Part shown: piece by piece, positions 56,868 to 64,000 of the stretch | Layout of the letters: each line of letters begins with the position of its first letter | Position numbering within the stretch: position 1 is the stretch's first letter | From: Eledone cirrhosa | Lineage: Eukaryota | Assembly: GCA_964016885.1 (NCBI GenBank) | Contig: OZ024741.1 | Coordinates: forward strand, 302,312,001-302,376,000 | Direction: 5' to 3' | DNA: 64,000 bases | Made by a program: the position numbers and the translations under genes | Notes under the pieces: model-generated | Seen by the model: only the letters and a program-made list of their open reading frames with translations | Databases searched by the model: none | What the model was told of the DNA's origin: nothing

Positions 56868-59800
56868 TTAAATGATAGTTGTTAAATGATGATCACAGTT
56901 TATGAACAATAGTGTCATTAGGTACAGCTTTCCAGTGGTTGCCAATCATTGCCTTACTGCATTTCCTAATGATGAGAGTGACAAAGACTTCTTTAACTCA
57001 GTGGAACAACAAATAACACACAGGGTAGTTTTATTTCAAAACTCTGATATTTCAAATTTCTCGTTTATGATCTTTTACTGTTATATAATATGAATGCATG
57101 TTTTTGTATAATAAACATACATAAATCTCGCTATAAATACTTTAAGCTGTGATTATGTCACAGTTATCTTGAGTAGCTGTGTGAGAATGTCAAACATGTG
57201 TTTCAGGATTTTTGTCCATCATCAGTACTGAAATAAGAAATAGCTGCAGCTTATATACTTTTTAAATATAAAACATCTGCTAATTTGCATATATTGCAAG
57301 CTTGACTGGCTTGGATTAATTGACAAAAGCACTAATATAGTGTAATTCATTATATCAGCAAAAGTTTTACACATGCATGTATATAAATTTATCTGGAGAA
57401 ATCACAATGGAAGGCCTCTCCAGTTCTGCTTAATCACAGGATCATCTGATTCAGAAAAATTAGTACAGGACAATACTGGAATTAACCTCATCCAGTTTGG
57501 TGATCCTGTAAGTTAACTGGAATAGATGCACAGTTTTATGTACCAAATTCCATTCACAAAGCATCGGTCAACTTGAGGCTATGGTTGAAGTCTCCTACCC
57601 AAAGTGTTATGCACTGGATTTTATCCCAGAACCACGTGGCTGCAAAGCAAACTACTTAATCACTCAACCATATCTGTACGGATAGAAATTCTTTTATGTA
57701 TCCACACTATCAAGACAGAAAATCAGGTTATTTTTGTTGTTTAGCTCCAAGTCAGCCCTGACCCTGCAGGCATATGGTCACAGGTGTTCAAGCTATGGTC
57801 AACCTGTTTTTTCCTTTATTTTTTCAGACACACCACATTTAGAACTGCATAATTAAATGTGCCTCTTTTCTTTTTCTTTTTTTCCCCAATGGTAATATTA
57901 GTGAGATTTGGTTGCTACTTCTAGTAGGTTATGTAAATGACTAGAGACTCTTTCATTAGCTTGCTGAAAACCAGTTTGTATTTTTGTGAATTACAACAGA
58001 TGGCAGTTCTAAGGGTTTATTTATTTATTTTTCACTCATATAAATTTTGATGGGATTCCAAGATAAAATTATATCTATTCTGCATTATCTGCTCTTGTGT
58101 ATTACTGATCAAATGTCTACTAATTGATCTTTTAAGTTTATGAACACAAGAAGCTGAATTATTGATTTCCAATTTAGACACAAGGCCAGCAAATTTGAAG
58201 GAAGGGCAAAGTTGATAAAATCAACCCCATTACTTGACTGCTACTTTATTTTATCAACCCCAGAAGAGTTGAAAGACAAAATTGACCTTGATGGATTTGA
58301 ACTCAGACTGTAAAGATCCAGAACAATTACCACAATGACATGTTATTCGATACTCTACTAATTCTGCCAAATTATTGGTTGCAGTGTTGTAGTGCTCACA
58401 AAACGAACAGTTGATCCATTGGCCACAAAGTGTCCTTAGTTTATAAATAAATTGTTGAGCAACCTCCTAACCAATCAGAGGCCTCCTTTTATATCACCTA
58501 CAGCTTGTATAATCCCAAGAAGTACAGCTGTGCTGACATGAATTTTCTCCATTTTTGTGGATCCAAGTCACAAAACAAAAATTTACAAGAAAATAAAAAA
58601 AATTATTGTTTTTGAAAAATAATTGGCAGGAGAAATTTGATCAAGGAACCTAATGTAGAAATCATGTCACTCAGTGGTCCAAGAGATTAATATGCCACTA
58701 AAACATTGTCAGTTTTTTACTGTTAGCATGTAGGTTATGAACTACTGAGCTAGGGAGGTGTGGAGATTTAATGTAATCATTCTTTTATTTTTATTTAACT
58801 GTTCCAGTCAATGGACTGTGGCTATGCCTTAAGGAATTTTAATCAATTTATGTTGAAGCCCCAGAATTTTGTCTGTTACTTATTTTTATTAACCTCAGAA
58901 CAGAGAAAGCCAAAATTAACCCAAGCGTTATTTCACAGTTAGGAATGCAGTTGGATGAACAACAGAATGCTCATGGTTAAAGTTGATGGAGAGTTTACGT
59001 AGCAATACACATTTGATGAAGTGTGGTTTATCATCTCATTGCCTCCTCCTCCTCTTAACTAGTAGATATCAAAACAACTGACCAACTGCTTCCTTTTAGT
59101 GCTTGTTGCCATCAAGACCTCTGGTGTCTTCAGCCCCTGCAAAATTGGAAGGCGTGCATTCCAATTGAGGTAGGAGCCCAGTAAGGTGGAGTGACTGATA
59201 CAGTGGATGCTGCTCTCCACGCCAATTCTTTCACCATTTTGTCTGCTGACTGCAGCTGAGATATACCACCTAGTCTAGAGTCTGCCGATCCCTTCCTGTT
59301 TTCCCTTACTTACACTATTTATTTAATTTTTTTCTCTTTCTTTTCTTCCTGTTAGTTATTATATGTTCATAATTTTGCTCATAATTTCAACTCAACTGTA
59401 CCAATGCGAAGTGTTATGACCCCCACCCCCCACCCAACGCCACTTATGAAAACATTTAATATGGTTTTGTCGATGCCTCAGTATTTTACAATAAGTACAA
59501 ACTAGTATCATGAGAAACAATATTGTATTAACCTCTTTGTGACCATATTTGGCTGTGAAACATTGTGTCAAAATATCCTGTCCAATACATGCCAATTTGA
59601 AAAAGTGCATGTAAAAATGATGATGATGTTGATGGGTGTTATATAAAATTATGTTAGAAAATTTTTAATTAAATAGGAACCCTTTAGCATTTAAACAAGT
59701 CATATCTGGCCAGAATTCTCTCACCGCTTTCTGTTCAAACTGGTTGCTCATACTGATGTTAAGGTATTGTTGTTAGAAAATAATATCAAAATCTCATAGA

Positions 59801-60643
59801 TTCGATATTATATGAGATAATTATGTGAAGTCTTTACCTTAAAAATATAATAGTAAATGCTAAAGGGTTAAAATGAGTGGGTTGGTATCAAAAGAGTAAC
59901 TTTGCTTATTGTCTATTCAGTGAAAACTTAAAGTTCCTTAATCTTTGAATGATTGGAAAAACTTAATTGTTTTTCTTTTTCTTTACTGTTTTGTTGAATT
60001 TGATTTATATTCAGTTTAAGTGTTTCAGTTTTGCAAAAAAATGTTTTCAAAGTAGTAAGTTCTTGAAGAACTAATTTTTTGTAAGGTTTTCATGCCTAGT
60101 TGGAATAGTTTCAATTATACTACTAATACTTTTTAGTATTATTAGTGAATATAAGTGTCTCTATATTTTGGTTCTTTTCTTTTTCTAAAATCTGATAAAC
60201 ATAAAAACATGTCATTTTTGAAAAATAGTCATATTATTTCTCTAAGAGAAGGCATATCTTTTAATCATTAATGGACATCTCTTTGATTTAAAAATACAAT
60301 TTTTACTGGGAAATGAATTATGGCTTATTTAATATTCATAAGATTTTGTCTTTAACACTTTCATTACCATATTTCTAATGGAAGACACTGCCTATGGTTT
60401 TAATAATTTGGAAAAATAATGATGAATTTGGAGAGATTGTTTTGAACATAACATAAAAGGTTCTTACATTAAATTATGATGGGTGTTTCAGATAATTGTA
60501 AACTTTTTAAAACTAACAGCTTTGTATCCTAGAACCAAGGGCAGTTTTGGGCAGTTTGTTAACAAACATATTAAGTGACAATTCCCCTATTCTAAAATAT
60601 AGATTTATACATCATTTTATTTTCTAATTTCTTTCCTCCTTAG

Positions 60644-60908
60644 AAACCTAATAAGAAATCTATGGTAAAAAATGGGTCAGTTGCTGATGAAAAGCCATCT
60701 CCAAAGGTTTCTAGAAGAAAAAAATCGTCTGAATCTCCTAAAGAAAGTTCTGATACTAAAAAGGTTTCTCAACCAGCTCGTAGTGACAGCCCTAGCCCTG
60801 AACGTTTGCCGACAGAGAAAGCCAAGAAACCAGTCTCCATTTCCAAGTCTTCATCAATACCAAAACAGAAGCCATCTCCTCTAGATCAAGACTCTCTGTC
60901 AAATTCAG
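60644..60908 (+). CDS. KDM4: Internal coding exon (Lys/Ser/Pro-rich low-complexity linker) of a KDM4-family histone demethylase
   Basis: Polypyrimidine tract + TAG acceptor at 60641-60643. Open frame KPNKKSMVKNGSVADEKPSPKVSRRKK...DSLSNS. Donor G|GTTGGT after 60908 (phase 1) matches the phase-1 acceptor of the next exon (G+CC=Ala). Gene identity is inherited from the next exon. Confidence 0.75.
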
Positions 60909-62152
60909 GTTGGTTATTTTCTAAAATTGATTTATGTTTTATTCTTTACAGCACTTTCATCATCATCACGATCATCACCACCACCATCACCATATAGCCC
61001 CTTTGATACCAACCCAACTGAAACCGCCACTGTTTCTATGAAACCCCATGCTAGTGTGGAAGATGGACGTTAAATGATGATGATGAAAACCATCCATTTT
61101 AATAGGTTCTTACTTAAATTAAACTTTCCAACATAATTTTATATAAGAACGTTTTTGTTATGTTACAAATACCATCATAATGAAATTATAATTTTAGTAA
61201 ATTATTCCCAAATATTTATTAATTCAAATACAACGTATTTCATTAGTTGTACAGTAATGAATGGGTTAATTTTCAGTTTTCCCTGCTAGTAAGGGTTAGC
61301 TGGATTGTCAAAGATCAAGTTTACTTAATTGGATCTACAAGCCTCTCAGATGGACCAGGGGGCCACATCTCACTGACATACGTTCCTGCACTCTACAGAG
61401 AGTATGGGGTGTGTTTTATGGTGGCACCAGCACTAAAAAGGGGTTGTTATGTCTTTGGTATAACTAAAAAGTCCTATCACCAACCATTTCACGCTTTGTT
61501 TTCTACTGAGTGCATTTTGCCATGGCACCAACACTTGAGAGATTGTTATGCACTAGACACAACTAAAAAATCCTCTTGACTCTTTTGTTTATTATTTCTG
61601 TATGTAGCCAGCAATTGGCAGGGTCATTGAGCATACAATAAAGTATTTTGTGATTCCAGCTTACTGTGCTCCGATTTAGGTTAGCAGTTTTGATCATGGA
61701 ATATCTTTAGGTGTATTTTTAGGTCCATAGGGAGATCTTCTATTGTTTGGAGTTCTTGAATTATTTCCAGCTTTATCCTATTGTCCTATTGTCCTGAATT
61801 CCATCTTTAGGATTTCCTCTTCCTACTTTTTCCTCCTCATATTCCCTTATTCCCTTTTATTGTTATTATTAAAAAAAGTAAAATAAAATAAAAAGGATGG
61901 CGACACAGTAAAAAGCGCCCAGCTCATACTGAAAAGCGGTCGTGTCGATGACAATAAAAAGTGCCCAGTCCATGTTGTAAAATGGTCGTATAGCTGTCAT
62001 GACAAAAAGCATCCAGCCATAGAATCACAGCTAAAATCAGCCCTGCGTGAGCTTAACATGGTCTTCTGACCAGATCTCTCACAAAGGGACAGCCAGTCCT
62101 ACCCATACTAGTGTGGAAAATGGACGTTAAATGATGATGATGATGATGATTA

Positions 62153-63078
62153 GTGGATTGGCAAGATCATTAGAAAGTCGGACAAAATGCTTTGTGGTGT
62201 TTAGTTACGACAGTTCTGAGTTCAAATCAGCTAAGGTCAACTTTGCCTTTCAGTAGTTGATAAAATGAAGTACCAGTAATGTACTAGGCTGATTATCGAT
62301 TTTCCCCTCCCCATAAATTGTTGGCCTTGTGCCTAAATCTGAGTTCAAATCCCGCCGAGGTTGACTTTGCCATTCATCCTTACGGGATCGATAAAATAAA
62401 GTACCAGTAATGCACTGGGTAATTGCGGGCCTTGTGCCTAAAGTAGAAACAATTATTATATATTATTTATACAGTGGGTTGGCAGTATCGGTAGAGGGTC
62501 GGACGCCATGCTTTCCAGCATAGTTACGTCCCTTTACGATCTGAGTTCAAATCCCACTGAGGTTGACTTTGCCTTTCATCTTTACGGGGTCGATAAAATA
62601 AAGTACCAGTAATGCACTGGGTAATTGCTGGCCTTGTGCCTAAAGTAGAAACAATTATTTATACATGGCAGTATTGGTAGAGCGTTGAACAACATGCTTT
62701 GCAGCATAGAGTTACGGTCCTTTACATTCTGAGTTCAAATCACGCCAAGGTTAGCTTTGTTTTCTTCTTTACGGAGTCGATAAAATAAAGTACCAGTAAC
62801 GCACTGGGGTCGATTTATTTGATGATGTTCCTCTCTCCCAAAATTGTTGGCCTTGTACCTAAATCAGAAAGGAGGATTGGCAGTATTGGTAGAGAGTCGG
62901 ACGCCATGCTTTCCTGCATAGTTACGACTCTTTACGGTCTGAGTTCAAATCCCGCCGAGGTTAACTTTGCCTTTCATCCTTACGGGGTCGATAAATAAAG
63001 TACCAGTCACGCACTGAGGTTGATTTAATCGACTTTCCCTTCCCCCAAAATTGCTGGCCTTGTGCCTATATAAAAAAC
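62153..63078 (+). mobile_element. Head-to-tail cluster of ~5 tRNA-derived SINE copies (Meta-domain-like core)
   Basis: Repeated TTGGCAGTAT.GGTAGAG..TCGGAC...GAGTTCAAATCCC...GTCGATAAAATAAAGTACCAG...GGCCTTGTGCCTA. Confidence 0.85.
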
Positions 63079-63139
63079 CATTATTACACTATATTGTTTT
63101 TGTGTTTTCTAAATTTCCTGTTGCTTATGTATTTGATAG

Positions 63140-63309
63140 CCACTTGTGGTTCAGTAGAAAGCTGTGGAGTCAATGAAAAGTGGGCTAAACCTCTGGAAAA
63201 TCTTTGGCACAATGTCCCTGTCAACCTAAAAGCTGAGATCCAATTCAATGTGGCAGTATCAAAACTGGAGCCTCATTGTTCAGTGTGCTCCCTCTTCACT
63301 CCTGTTGAG
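63140..63309 (+). CDS. KDM4: Coding exon of KDM4/JMJD2 lysine demethylase, segment leading into the PHD region
   Basis: Acceptor TTGATAG at 63133-63139 and donor GAG|GTATGT after 63309. Peptide EKWAKPLENLWHNVPVNLKAEIQFNVAVSKLEPHCSVCSLF matches the WAKPLxxLW...NxxAExxFN...PHCxxC motif I recall from vertebrate KDM4A/C. Confidence 0.85.
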
Positions 63310-64000
63310 GTATGTCATTTCACACCTTGTCCCTTCTTTTTAACATATTCTCTAACTTACTTTTGTCATTGTATATTATGTGTAAGGATCATTAGGGTGT
63401 CGGGATTAAAAATACCTTGATATTTGTACCGGCTCACTGACAGTTAACTACATTTTGAGAGATGAAACAATTTATATATATTTACATTTCACTGGCACAC
63501 ACATATATATATATATATACATACATACATACAACAAAAAGCGCCAAGCTGTCACTGTAAAGTGATCGTGTAGATGTCACATCAAAAAGCACCTAGTCCA
63601 CACTGTAAAGTGGTCATGTGCGACAAAAGCACCCAGCCCACACTCTAAAGTGGTCATGTAGGTGTCACGACAAAAAGCACCCAGTACTCACTGTAAATGA
63701 GGTTGGTGCTAGGAAGGGCATCCAGCTGTAGAAAGCAAGCCAAAATCGGTTCTGAATGAGCATGACATGGTCACCTAACCGTGGCATTGCTCACAACAAG
63801 ATAACTCATCTAACCCATGCCAGCATGGAAAAGTAAACGTTAAACAGTGATGATGATGATTACATTTATATTTCATTTTGATTGATTTTATCTTTGATTA
63901 TCATCAGTCATCAGGTGTTTTATTCTTTGATTTGTCATAGTACCAGACTAGATTTAAACAAGGCTCCTTTATTACGAAATTAAGAGTAATGAGCACTCTT

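Overview
AT-rich animal genomic DNA. The SINE and RTE repertoire suggests an octopod cephalopod (inference). Only two convincing host exons are visible (60644-60908 and 63140-63309, + strand, phase-compatible). They belong to a KDM4/JMJD2-type histone demethylase, so most of the window is probably intron. The first ~36 kb is a (TA)n/TAATG microsatellite field packed with retroelement debris: RTE-X, RTE-BovB, CR1, CORE-type and other tRNA-SINEs, a chimeric C2H2-ZNF retrocopy, and a probable false haplotype duplication around a 200-N gap. The last ~28 kb holds older SINEs and TTAA-flanked piggyBac-type MITEs. The main discovery is non-coding. About eight different short insertions in the microsatellite carry type I minimal hammerhead ribozymes (intact, degenerate or partial), most with palindromic stem III. 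Most are fold-back (inverted) insertions resembling Penelope-like-element pseudo-LTRs. One is a ~590-bp, ~2.8-copy tandem 'retrozyme-like' array with a U3-A8 compensated core. Nearly all share a second covarying bulged hairpin (RCTC-stem-loop-stem-TH-GAGY) downstream of the ribozyme that I do not recognise as described. Nearly all long ORFs in the ORF track are microsatellite artefacts.
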